NCBI RefSeq assembly: GCF_008831285.2
Contig: NC_045138.2
Location: forward strand, 40,920,001-40,984,000
Source: Nymphaea colorata
Lineage: Eukaryota
Reading direction: 5' to 3'
DNA: 64,000 nucleotides
The number at the start of each line of letters is the position of its first letter. The stretch's first letter is position 1. Below, one piece after another: positions 38,538 to 50,996 of this stretch. The notes below the pieces were generated by a model that was given only the letters and a program-made list of their open reading frames with translations, had not been told where the DNA came from and made no database searches. The position numbers and the translations under genes are program-made.

Positions 38538-41500
38538 TCTGTTCCGGCCGGATAGCGACCGGAGAACGGCGATCGACCGGTAGAGACGTGCTAGGGTTTG
38601 AGTGGAGTGGGAGAAGGCGGCAAATCTGCGCAGCACCTTCGAAGGAAGAGAGCAAGAACGCGGGAGTGTGCAGTGAGCAAGGTTAAAAGGCCTCTCGGAC
38701 CGGCATCTCCCGGTTGGCGGTGCCGCCCTCCCGTTGGACTTTTGGGCGTACGGAAGAAGAGGGGGGCCGCGGGATCACCGGCTGTTTCCGGTCGAGACGT
38801 TCCACAAACTTTTGAGGATGTACGGTCAGTGCAGCGCCAAGTGGCTCTTGACTTGCCGGCAGGGACTGACGCTCTTTGGCACGATGACAAAAATGCCCTT
38901 GCCGGATTGTTGAGTTTACGGAGAATGGACCAGGCCTTTGTTTAGCCGTTAAGGCTTCTCCAATCTTGGCCCGAGTCGGCTCAACTCGGCCGGACCTGGT
39001 CAAGTTTGTATGTGATAATCAACTAAGTGTGACCTTCGAAACTCGGCAAAAATAAGGTCATGAATAAACTGCCCTCTAAGTGCTTCCACATAAATGTGGC
39101 CTTGTTCTACCACCTAAGCTCACAAACCAGGTTTTCAAAGCTAGTTAAACATATCATTTAAACATATATAACATAACTTAAGGGTTGTACGACATTTATA
39201 GAGATACCAATATTTTTCAAAATCTCAACTTTTCACACTTAAATTTTCGTAAGTAAATATAGATTTGTGTTTTTGGTTTAGATCAAGTGAAAAGCTACTG
39301 AACACTTTTGTCTTACATGCCAACTTGCAAGTTTCTCATTTACCATGTCAGATTCGATGTTCAAACTCCTAGTCATCCTTCATTAGTGAGTTTTCATTTA
39401 CAGCAAATGACTAAAACCATGTGTGCTCCTCAAGTCCAACCTGATTGCATGTAAATGGCCAGACTAGAGTTAATCCCCGACTTCATGAGGTCGGGTCTGA
39501 AAGAAGGAGCGGGCTTTTTGTAATATACGGTCGCCTGGGGGCCTAATTTCGGAAGCGTGGGTCTAAATCCCAAGTTAAGGATCGCGCGTGGTGGTTGGTG
39601 GTTTTTGGAAAAAGTGAAAGGCCAAGATTCGGCTTCTCATGGGAGAGGATGATAAGCATTTGTTTTTTTCCCGTTGGGCAGATTGTTCTGTGGGTCCCAC
39701 CCTTATTCCCTGAGCCGATGAACACCACTTGACCTTCATCCACAACGTTTGGCTTCCTGATAAGCGGTGCGAACCAGAGGATTTATTAGTTGAATTTCGC
39801 TTTTAAATAATTCAAGGTTGGTATTATTCTAATATGTTAACGTTTGGTCCACGTTCTACAGTGAGAACGTTATCCACCGTCAGCCAATGCATTGTGGCTT
39901 TACTTTAAAAAAATAACCTCTCATAATTTTATTTTATTTTTCTTTTCTTTTTTTTTTTTAGTAATCCAGTAACACGATCATTTTAACTTTTTTACGTTTT
40001 CAAGCTAACGGACTTCTCCTATCTGGAAATTGTCAACTAGATCTGGGTACGTGTGAAAAAATTTAATCTATGAGATATGGCAGTATTATGAGAACTCCCG
40101 CGTGTTTGAATCGCAGAAATGTTTTCTCCGCAACACAACACGTCCCTTGTTCTAAAGTCAATTTTTTATATGGCTCTGGCACAAATATGACACGCTGTTG
40201 GACAAATTGTCTGCCCATTTTAATAGTTTCGATAACGAAACTCTACATAAAAACAACCTTTTCTTTTCCTATTACGAGCTTTTATAAAAGGGCTGGATGT
40301 TTTGTTAATTATATAGACGACATGCTATACATTAAACAACTTCCAACCAGGCCTTTAAGTTCTACCGAGGATTTAAACTCAAAATTCGGTGTTTTAGTTC
40401 TAAATGCTTGCTGGAGTAGAAGAAATTTGTAACGGGTCAGGAGCTCCGATATAAGGTCAGATCCCTGGCCGTTTACAAAACTTGATATATATTATTCAAA
40501 CAGTACTTGGCGTGCTTTTACTGTCGCAGGTGAAAAGACATAACAAACAACTTGCTGACATTGTTTTGCCCAAACAAAGTTTTGTACCTGTGAAACAGCA
40601 TAACAAACAACTTGTTGTGACCCTAACAATTCTGTTCAAACATGGAGTTTTGTACCTGTGTGTTGGGATCCTCTGGCATAAATATTAGGCTTGCATGGCG
40701 TTTCTATAATTTCTTTCTGCATTGCAACTCGTTGATTGCTTGTTAACGAAAACGGGGATGGAAGCTCCCTCCCGGCAGGATTGCGTTGGAAATGTAGATG
40801 TAATCACAATATAACTTTTACAATAATATAGCATTTTTTGGAATTATATATGTTAAGAACATATGCTCAAAGAATGTTAATACAAAAGGATTCTGCTGGC
40901 ATCCAAGAACGTCATTAATGATTCAAATGTCAATCTTCGAATGCACCATTTCAAAGTGATCATGGACAAGCTTGATTCCATGTACCAAAACTAGTGCATG
41001 CCAATGAAAGGCTGCTGGGAGACAGGCTCCCCTCCATTTATCAACAACAAAAATCGGCTATTTACAAGAAAGTACAAAAACTAGTGGCTATTGAAACAAC
41101 AGCTGATCTGCTTACGTCGTTACATTGTGGACGAGTCTCATGATCAGCTCGTCTTATTATACATGTACAACCTCCTATACCTGTTCTCATTAAATGCAAT
41201 TGAGATGCAAGTCATAAAAAGAAGAAGACGGATGTCCACTTGCTACAATATTTGGCTGCCTACTTGTTTCATTGCTACTTGTCTTGTTCTTATTTTGTTC
41301 ATGGACGGCATGTATTTGACCACATATGACATTTTGAAGAGAAAAAATCATGCATTTTTTTATTATATGCAATAAATTATCTTAGGTTTTGGCATTTATT
41401 CAAAGGTCCAAATCGCATATAAGCACAAAAAAATTGGCAATTATGCATACCATCTAATCTCATGTGGCCTAGTTCAGTCCCCTGCCCATGAAGCATCAAA

Positions 41501-42202
41501 GATGACCTCTTCATCTTATAGGTTGTTTGCTTATGAGAAACTAAGTTACTAGTGGAAGTCAATGATACAGTATCTTTAATAGCATACAACATGTTTTCTC
41601 ATGCTTCTTTGGTAGTTGAGATAGACAGAACAGGTGAATTAACTAGTTAATTACTTAAAAACAGTTGAGTGCAGGGAAGGAGCCAAGAATTTTTTCTTGG
41701 AGGGCCCAACTATATGTTACAATATTTTTGCCAACCTTGCCTATGTTGACTGATAACACCTAGCTTCCTGTATAAGCTATCCATGTCCTTGCTGTGTATA
41801 TATTTTACCTCCTTTACTGCAGCAATCCCTCTAAACTTTACAGCTATTTGTATGAGGTTTCCTGCAATATTTTTGTGTCCATAATATAGTTGATGTGCCC
41901 TTGCTTCTTAAATTTTGTTAATCTTGCATTGCAAACTTTACATAGCATTGCCGACCACCAACTCTCAACGGCGGAATTATAATGGATTGAAGCCTCAGTG
42001 TTCGCCAAGCATGACCCTCTGTGTGTTGAACTTTCATCCTTTTTATTCCACAGCATATTTCTGTAGGTTTTTTCTTCAAAATGGAGGTTACATACACTAC
42101 CAAAAAATAAAATGATTGCACCGACACATGGAAAATATGACGTCAATGTAAGTCTACTTTTACAGACATTCAGAGCCAAATGTTGGTAAGTATGAAACAA
42201 CT

Positions 42203-42518
42203 GTAAAAAATAAAAAAATGGCCAATTTTACCGATGTGTTATTATCATTGCGTTGATGAAATCGTTGTTCAAGATTACGGACGTTCGGTTGTGGTCATCG
42301 TTAAAAAGTACATGTATCGATATAGTTTTTATCAAGGTGTGACTTTCCTCACATCATTGAAACTTATCTCCACCGAAACATTACTGACATATTGCAAGAA
42401 AGGCTTTCCCGACTTATTACCATCATCTAAACCTTTCTTCTCATTTCTTTTTCTTTCCTCATTTCTTTTCTCTTCCTTCTTCCTTGCCTTGGCGAATTTG
42501 TAGCGGCTTCAGGTGTTC
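42203..42518. repeat. Repeat A, diverged direct copy of 44022-44229
   Basis: Shared AAAAAA(A/T)TGGCCAATTTTACC, ACTTATTACC, CTTCTCATTTC, TCTTTTCTCTTCCTTCTTCC, TGGCGA and CGGCT.CAGGTGTT; this copy carries a ~100-bp insertion. Confidence 0.8.
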
Positions 42519-42780
42519 ATCGTGTTTCTTGATTACTTAAAGTCTGAAAAGGTTGGTTCCTCAATTTCATTGCCCATTTTTTATAATTCTATATGATTTT
42601 AAGTTATAATATACTTGTGTGGTATATATACAAATTTTTTTTGACAAGATATCGTCTTTTGGATAGTATTTAACCGTGAAACTTTGAAAGAATGTTTGCG
42701 GAGCCTAGCACCTTTCATTGAATGTTATCAGTTTTCAATTGATTTGATTACACAATACTCTTGAGAATGAGATCCGCTCA

Positions 42781-42908
42781 GAATCTCGAGACGACGGCTT
42801 GGCCATGTTCCCTCGTGACTTTGTCCCACGACTTTAATCCATCGTGAGTATACAGTTGCAGAATTCAGAATTTAATTTACTGGCATTTGTACCATATGGA
42901 ATACTGAT
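42781..42908. repeat. Repeat B, diverged direct copy of 46551-46700
   Basis: Shared CGACGGC.TGGCCATGTTCCCTC.TGACTTTGTCC, CAGAATTCAGAATTTAATTTA and TTTGTACCATA.G.AATACTGA. Confidence 0.85.
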
Positions 42909-43153
42909 ACTGCCATGCAGAGACTACTCTGTGTGTGTATTATAGTCCTCCTACTTTTTCACGGGAACGCCAATCCCATTTATTTCCTCTCCTTATTGCT
43001 TCTTACGTATCCTCTAGGGGGACGTATCAGTAAATATTTCATGAATGGGTAAAGTCATGGAGGCACTTGTTTGAATGTTTCATAAATTTACCCAAGTTTA
43101 AAAACCAAATTCATAAAATTTCCTATCCCAAATATCCCTTGCTTACTCTTGTT

Positions 43154-43761
43154 CCTCAAGCCCCTCTTGCTTCATAATACTGGCAATAACTGCAAAACTA
43201 GTAAATAGAACATATGAGAAAACAGTAGCGTGTGTATAAGATACTATAAGATTATACTTCAAACGGAATTACATAAATTACCCAAGATAGACAAGGAAAT
43301 GATGGACTAATAAGGGATTGTTAGACCAGTAAAATAGGATTCAAAGAACAAACAGTCCAAAGCAGATTGAGTTAAATGAACTGACATTTGATACTCCTAC
43401 TTGGTGGTGAAAATCTTCCGAGTCGGTCGTGGATAAATCAATGCAAAGATGATGAAAGATGGCAGCATAAATTCATCAATAGATACTTCTGAATAAACAT
43501 GGAACTGACAATGCACATTTAACTTTTAACTCAAAACATACAATGATGACTATATTTCTCAGCCGTAACTACACTATAAAAGTAAAAATACATAAGCTAA
43601 AGGCCACCTGTCTTTGCTTCTTTCAACTGAACCTCATCCTAGGGGAGAAAAACCATTCCCACACCAGTGTTTGACTCATTAAATAGAGCAATTCCTTGTT
43701 TGCCAGCCCAATTGTTGAAAAGGTCCCATGGAATGCTGCTCATCACCCAGCACCATCCCCA
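43154..43761 (-). pseudogene. Duplicated, disabled Fd-GOGAT fragment (3' part of exon 2, all of intron 2, first 36 nt of exon 3)
   Basis: Direct copy of 34779-35390 with about 25 substitutions and 5 small indels by manual alignment. AAG->TAG nonsense change near 43641 and a 1-nt exonic deletion near 43746-43748. Confidence 0.95.
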
Positions 43762-44547
43762 CCACCGTTTATGCACTGAAGCAAGACAGAACTTTGACGA
43801 CATAAAGGTATGACTCTGGTTTCCATTTAGTAAACATTTTTTTTTTAAGGATCGTTTCGTTAAACTAATTAGAAGCTACTCCCAGCTCAATTTTAGCCGT
43901 ACATCGAAAATTTCCTTTAATACTTTTTGCGTTAATTAGAAGCAACCTTCACAAATGAGTGGAGCTATTGTGTCGTTTAAGTTGAAACTTTATCAAGGTC
44001 TAACATTGGATGTCGATAAAAGTTAAAAAAAAAAAATTGGCCAATTTTACCAACGTGTTACCATCCTCTCGTCGATGAAACTTTTCATCACTGAAGATTT
44101 TATTGACGTTCAGTTGTAGTTGTCAGTAAAAAGTAACTTATTACCTCCATCTGAATCCTTCTTCTCATTTCCTATTCTTTTCTCTTCCTTCTTCCTCCCA
44201 CTGGCGATTTTCTAACGGCTGCAGGTGTTGAACTGCCATGGAGGAGAAGGATTTAATTTGATCAACTTTCGTCTTGAAATGGACGAATGCTCTGTTATCA
44301 TCTCGAGATCCATGGCAGAATCCGTTAAGATCAGAGCCATGCATGGAGAAGGGTTTAATTAACTTCATCTGATCGTCAACTCAAGTCGACTTTTTATTTA
44401 GAGAGTACCCCTACAGGAGGAGTCATTTATTACATACGGCTTTATTTATTTCAGTAATATAAGTTCACACAAATATGAACGTAAGGATGAGTAGCAAGTG
44501 CAGCTGCTGCCAACCGCCCCACCGCTTCTCCATTATTTTCAAGTCGA

Positions 44548-45811
44548 TCAGCAATAAATGTTCGGTCCGGGAGTCACACCAAACTCCCTGCAGAACCTGA
44601 GATAGAACTCAACTCTGCTCCTCACAGCATCTGGCCTTCCTCCTCCGCATTCGCCGCCGTTGATGGCCCTGATGGTGGACCCGAATCCACGGCCGGTGGT
44701 GATCCCGCTGTGGCACCTGCTGTTCTCCATCCAGAACCAGACCGCCGTCTTGAAGGACACAGTCCCGTCCAGAGCTACGAGGTCAGGGTTTCTCAGTAGA
44801 TTCAAGCTTAGATATCGTCCTGCTGCACCATAGTTGTAGTTCCTGCACACAATCATACGTATGGATCAGAAACAGGGAGGTCAGGGAGAAACCATGCAAT
44901 ATGTCAACTAATAATAACATTATATATGAGTTACCAAGTAAGCTGAAGGGGGCCTCTGCCATAGTAGCTCCTGCCTGGCAGACACGGATACTGCCTTGCA
45001 CTTGGACTGCAGTATCTTGATTGAGGCCTTATTTCTCTAGTGTAGCACAAACCTGTTCGATCGTCATCGTCATCCAAATAGAAGTTATATGAGTATGCTG
45101 GATCATCATATACCAGAATTCTTTAGAATGTTTTGGTAATCCTAATCTTTCAGTTTGTGAAGACTGTACGAATGAAGACGAATCTGTTCTCATTGACATC
45201 AAATGACTCGGCCGTTCTTTTATCGATTATAGACAGTATATCAAAGCTGGTAACAGCTAGTCAAAGTTTCGACAATAATTTCCGGAACGAAATCGAGAAA
45301 TTTCCGGAGATAATCAATTTTAATGAAAGATAACGATCTTACAAGTTATGAAGAAGAAAAACTCCGCAAGAATACTGACCATTTTCTGAAAAGCCATTGA
45401 TATGTTCAGCAGCTTAAAAAATCACATAATTATTGCGCGATGATGCGCCATGAAAAATGATTCTGTTCATTACGCAGTGGATAATTAGCAAGACAAGGGA
45501 ACAGCATATATACTTCCAGTCTCGTGCATCACATTGGCAAGGAAAGCGGCCATCTCCCTCTTCCTGGTGACGATGGTGCCGGTGGTACCGAAGCCGGCGA
45601 AGCTCTCGGCAGCAAGAATGAAGGCATTGTACGTATACAAACGCTTCCCGGGGCACCGGCTGGGAACGGCAGCGAGGAGGCGATTGTAGAACCGAGGGGT
45701 CACAATCGTCCTTGGCTGCGGAGGGCCCTGTGCTGAACCCAACTCCAGCAGCAGAGCCACCACCATCATCACCATTACCCCTACCAACCCCTTGCAACTC
45801 TTCCTCGCCAT
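44548..45811 (-). CDS. GH19 chitinase with class IV-type short catalytic domain, signal peptide and no hevein domain, 236 aa; exons 45514-45811, 44935-45052, 44548-44842
   Basis: Motifs REMAAFLANVMHETG, LCYTREI, YYGRGPLQLTWNYNYG, SFKTAVWFW, GFGSTIRAINGGEC, PGPNIYC*. Hydrophobic N-terminus; splice phases consistent (711 nt). Confidence 0.95.
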
Positions 45812-45873
45812 CTTTCCAAGCTGTTTCTAGTCACCTGATCTTTCTTGCACACATCTTTCGAACCCATGAAAGG

Positions 45874-45881
45874 TATTTATA
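45874..45881 (-). promoter_or_regulatory. TATA box of the chitinase gene
   Basis: CCTATAAATACC on the minus strand, 63 nt upstream of the ATG. Confidence 0.75.
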
Positions 45882-46048
45882 GGAAAAATTCTTGCTGCTA
45901 GTTTTTTTTTTGTTAAACAATTACTTATAAATCACTTGTAGATCTATCAATCTCTAATATGAGCCTACTTGGTACATCTTAATTAATAAACAAGGCGTCG
46001 ATTAAAGTACTGCCCATTTGAAGCTGACAGAATCGCTTACTTATATTA

Positions 46049-46090
46049 AGTCAAGCACGATTTATTTAGTATTATTTACTAATTTTGACT
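46049..46090. promoter_or_regulatory. Two W-boxes (TTGACT) in opposite orientations in the chitinase promoter
   Basis: AGTCAA at 46049-46054 and TTGACT at 46085-46090, about 240-280 nt upstream of the ATG. Six-mers of this kind also occur by chance. Confidence 0.35.
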
Positions 46091-47138
46091 TGGTAATTGG
46101 TTATATTTTTATCAACTAGAACATAGAAATCAAAGGTCCAATTTTATTACATGAACTGTATAGGACGTTGGTGAAATTGAGGTGAGATCCCGTTGCACTT
46201 AAGGAAAGAACAAACTTTCCGGTGACAGTTCCTTCTGTGTTTCTCTAACGAATTTCAAATTGATTGTCGGATTTTCAATTTCTTGATAAGAAAGAACACA
46301 CAAAATGGACACCCACAGTACAAGTTTGTTTGGTAAGAAACGTTTTAACATAAAACGGGTAGAAGCACAAAGAAAGTGTTCATAGTTACAGGGATCACCA
46401 TGTTCTAACCTGAGCTGTTCAAACAAGTTAATTAAAGTTTTATCATCTAACAGACAAATCAGGCTCCATTTTTTATTTTACTAATTTGGATGCCGTGGGT
46501 ACGATCTCCTATTGGGTCCCCCAAATCCCGCGGCTCGCAGGTCTCAACACGAATCTGGAAGAGCTCGACGGCCTGGCCATGTTCCCTCTTGACTTTGTCC
46601 TTTCCATTTCGCTTTGTCCGACGACTTTGATTCATCGTGAACATACAATTACAGAATTCAGAATTTAATTTATTGATATTTGTACCATACGAAATACTGA
46701 ATTTTAGAATCCTCTCTGGCCACATCTAATTCATCTTCCCCCATATTTTTTTCTCTTAAAAAATTCTTGCTGGTCGGTGCAGTTCCTTCTTTTTTTTCTT
46801 CTTTCTTTGTCTTTTTGTGCTTCGTCACCCATTTTGTCCTACATTTTCAATTTCTCTTTCTCTCTCTCTCTCCATATATATATATATATATATATCGTGA
46901 GTTATGATGCATCATCCCAATGCACCCAATAAATATACAATAAAAAAACAAAGGTGGAAGTTATTGTATTCTAGGGATTTTCATAAAAACAAATGCTATT
47001 CTTAGTTTTTTCACTTGTTTGCTATCGTTTTTGTCCTTATAAAAAGCAATTTCTTCTTACTGATTAAGAGTATTCAGGTTATTATGCATTCTAGTGCAGT
47101 GTACAATATTTAGGAATCAAAGTACATTTAACTATCTT

Positions 47139-47182
<44 letters not shown>

Positions 47183-48026
47183 GGACATGTAAGATTATTT
47201 TAAATGATGTTCACATCGTTGACTTAAAAAAATTTAAAGAAATACATCTAAAAAAACGTATTTTATAGATTTATAATGTTGTGACTATGAAGATAAGATT
47301 AAATATTGCATAAATGTTAGGATAATTCTTCCATATTCTTACCTGCATTCATTAACAACTTAGCTGCAGCTTTTAGCTTGTTGACATTACCTTATATTTT
47401 TCAAATGGTGGACGAAAAAAGTGTCAAACTACATTTTTCAGTTTTCCAACAAGACATAATATATTATCAACCTAATAGAAAAACCCCATATTTACTTTTA
47501 TAGACAATAAAGTTGACTGATACCTCAGCCCAAGAATAATTCTGGACCAGCTGGTAAAATACAATACCTATCAAAAAAACATGAAATTAAAAAATAACCT
47601 TATTTAAATAAACAAATTAAACTTGAAAATATTGTTGATAGAATTTGCTATTCAATATCTTCAAATGGAATATAATCGCAACCTTTTATTTTTAATCCAG
47701 CCTGATATCAGCCCTACCATACATTTCATTGATTACAAACTGTGCGGCCTGTCCACACTGTGCCATGGTTCGAAGCAATTACAGGATCCACAAAAACAAA
47801 CGGCTTCAAATTTAAGCACTAAAAATTTAGTCGGTTTTTTTTTTTTTTCCCTTTGGCGTGGAACTAGAAAATATCCATGATATGAACTGGGTTTCGTACT
47901 ATATCTTGCCTACCCAGGAGCACCTAGTTTTGCCATCCGGTGAAAACACAAACGCGGATGTCAAAATCTGAACAATTTAAGTCTTAAACCATTTGTTTAC
48001 TGTTAAACATGCAGTTTTTATATTTA

Positions 48027-48412
48027 GGGGCTGTTTGATGAGGCTGGAATTGTGGAATTATACAATTAAATTTTTTATTTTTGATAAAATGGGAATTATG
48101 TTCCCAAACACAAGAGTTTTGATTTCAGAATTATAAGCCTGTTCATGAATCAAAATTTCAAAATTGCGATTCTACCTTAGGAGATGGAATTATGATTTTA
48201 ATTTTTTTGAGTTTTTTCATCTCTTTAGAGTACATTTCATGGTGGTTTTAGTTCATCAACCCTACAATTTTCATTCATTTTTTTTATTATACACATCTTT
48301 AATTTTGAAACCAATATTCCAAACCATCAAACACAAAAGAAAACTAAGACCCCAAAATTTTGTACTTTGAATTTAATTCTAAAACCAAAATTCAAAGTCG
48401 GCAAATGCCCCC
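48027..48412. mobile_element. Tourist/PIF-Harbinger-like MITE
   Basis: Ends GGGGCTGTTTG ... CAAATGCCCCC; TTA / TGA flanks. A related terminus occurs at ~2060-2219. Confidence 0.65.
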
Positions 48413-49851
48413 TGAACAGGCGCAGTAGGTTTTCTTCCATCATTGACTTGACGCATTCAGAAAACGCGGCAGTTTTCTTTTCTTCCAACAAATTCAAGAG
48501 AACACATAAAAAAATTTAATCAAGTCTTCGACGTTTTTGAAAAGGATGCCCGTAGGGTCGTGCAGTACCAACAAGGACAGTCTACTGCTTTAACAAAATG
48601 ACATCATCTACTAAGTTTCCTGGCTCTGAATTATTCATTAGAAAACTCTGAACTGCCGGCCATCTCTGTGTGCTGAGATGATGTTAGCAATATTTTACTC
48701 AACGCATTGACATCCAAAAACCCTTAAAATGGAAAGGAAAGCGTTTGCATGGCTGCCAAAATAGCTCCAACCAGGATAAGGGAGTAAGGCTTTGAAGGAC
48801 GTCAAGAACAGGATAGCTTCGGTGTCTTTCTCAGCACAAAGTTGTGGGCTTGCCTTTTCCCAACTTGCTAATTTAAATGCGGTCTAGGGTTACCGATCGT
48901 TTGAAGAGAAAATTAGCGCAATATTTAAATTCCAGTTCCGCTAGATGGGTGTGGACGTTGTTAGTTTCTACATCGTGCTCAGGGAATCTTAGAGGGAAGA
49001 AACCTCAGTATGTTCGGTCTTTTTCCACAAGAGAACCACGATGAGCATTGACATAGTAGTTACTTTGAAGTTAAAAATGTAAAGAGGGGGGAGATCCCTA
49101 GCACATGAAGCTCCCCCTCTTTATCCTTACCTTCTAAGCTTAAAGTTGTGTCGGAGTGTCGCATTCTACACCATTTGTAGCCCTCCAGAGTAGCCGTCAT
49201 AGGAATCAGTTAATGGCCTGTAGGCATACCGCCATGCCAACCAACTATGCTATGTCCCTCGAACCAACTATGCTATGTCCCTCGAAGTAAAAATTTATTA
49301 CAAAGTGACGCGAAAAAGTTAAAAGTCAAAAATTATACATTCAAAATTTCTCAATTCTGGAATGGAGACATTTTTTGGGGGCATATTCTCAAAAGGAAAA
49401 GTTAAGAAGTCAAAGTATACGTTCAAAATTTCTCATTTTTGGAATCTAAACAATGTTTTTGGAGGCATATGCTATGGACCATCTCCACATATAGTCATTG
49501 TTGGCAAATTCGGTGAGTTGACTTGACAATCGCCCGAGTTGGCACAGGATTGTCCTGACTCATGGCCATCGTCCTCTCATTGAGCCGCGAATCAGGACCC
49601 AAACAAGTTAGCACCAAAATTCGGTGACTCACTAGATCCGTGACTCATATCGGAATCACCCAAGTTTGGTTCTAACTGCTTTAAGGTGCAAAAATTAATC
49701 TTCGTTCTTAAGTTATAAACTATTTTTGCTTGTCTTTTCTGTTATGAAAGCTATTATGATAGATCATAAAGAAATACTAGCTCAACCATTTGTAAATATA
49801 TTTGCATTATAGATCTTTAAAATTCTAGAGGCCCATGAAGAATCAAACGGT

Positions 49852-49885
<34 letters not shown>

Positions 49886-50113
49886 CAGGTTTGCGAGTGC
49901 TTTCTTAAGGGAACTCGTCAAGGATTGACCGATGAATTTCATTTTCCCCTCTTTGTTCAATTTGATGGTGGTTTATGGTTAAGAAAAAAAAGAAGAAGCA
50001 AGTATTAAAAAATTTAAAGAGTAACAAGCCAGAAGTATCCATCAAAAACGATGAAGGGCTCTATTTTGACGTCCCTAGATGTCAGTTAAAACTGAAGTCA
50101 TGATTTAATTACT

Positions 50114-50115
<2 letters not shown>

Positions 50116-50189
<74 letters not shown>

Positions 50190-50197
50190 AAGAGAGA
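50116..50197. repeat. Compound (TA)n(GA)n microsatellite
   Basis: Directly visible. Other SSRs at 46855-46895, 47139-47180, 49854-49883, 50600-50630, 54700-54759 and 55650-55703. Confidence 0.95.
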
Positions 50198-50598
50198 AAT
50201 GGTGATAAATGCAAACTAAGCAAGTGTTCTTTTATTCATGACCTCTTCTATAATTACAGTTGTTGACAAATCATATCCAAGATCATGTTCCTCCTCTACA
50301 ATTACAATTGTTGACAAATCATATCCAAGATCATGTTGCCCTTTCGAAAATATAGACATTTCAATGAAGTATCAAAGCACCTTCAACGTTTATAACGAGG
50401 TAAAGTACGATCAATAGCATAACTGAGACACCTCGCCAAGACACTGCCGAAGTGTCACGGAGCCACACGAACCGCTGCAATTCTAGGGATGCCGGAGTAC
50501 AATTTCATGGTCATTCTGCCAGCAAGTGCCTGAAAGTTCCAATGGAGGCTCAGGAAAAGATAAGAAGGCTGCCCGTAATAGTAACTCCGGAAAAGGGA

Positions 50599-50630
<32 letters not shown>

Positions 50631-50996
50631 CGCTAGGCGCTTTCTATGCTTCAAGGGGTTGGTACTTTGTCCTTCCATACAGAAAATTTTTCTCACGCTT
50701 TATACCTCTAAAATCCTTACTCCTCGGATTGCATCCGATCACATGTTGCAGTTTTAATAACTGAAACAATCAAATACATAATCTTCGAATTACCGTTACT
50801 TCTGATCACATAAGATAATTCGAGTAGATCAAACACTTCTACGTGAACAACAAAAAAACGAATTGGCGCAAAAGAAAAGCAAAAACAAAAAGAAAACTGA
50901 TTACACCAATTGCGATATGAAAAGAGACAGATTGAGGATAGCCAAATACAAGAGTTACAGGTATTAGGATATACAAATGATTGGAATATGATCATT

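Noticed and set aside
38431..39003. Several overlapping GC-rich ORFs on both strands
   Set aside because: They overlap GOGAT exon 1, 5' UTR and promoter, where high GC suppresses stop codons; no recognisable motifs.
39440..39545. Small hairpin / possible SINE remnant (also 49083-49120 and 40750-40820)
   Set aside because: No A/B boxes, TSD or tail that I can support.
43060..43140. Possible transposon terminus beside the GOGAT fragment
   Set aside because: Only a weak self-inverted match and no partner on the other side of the fragment, so Pack-MULE capture is not supported.
50530..50706. Possible 3' UTR intron of the RhoGAP gene
   Set aside because: Donor- and acceptor-like sites exist but cannot be distinguished from chance without transcripts.
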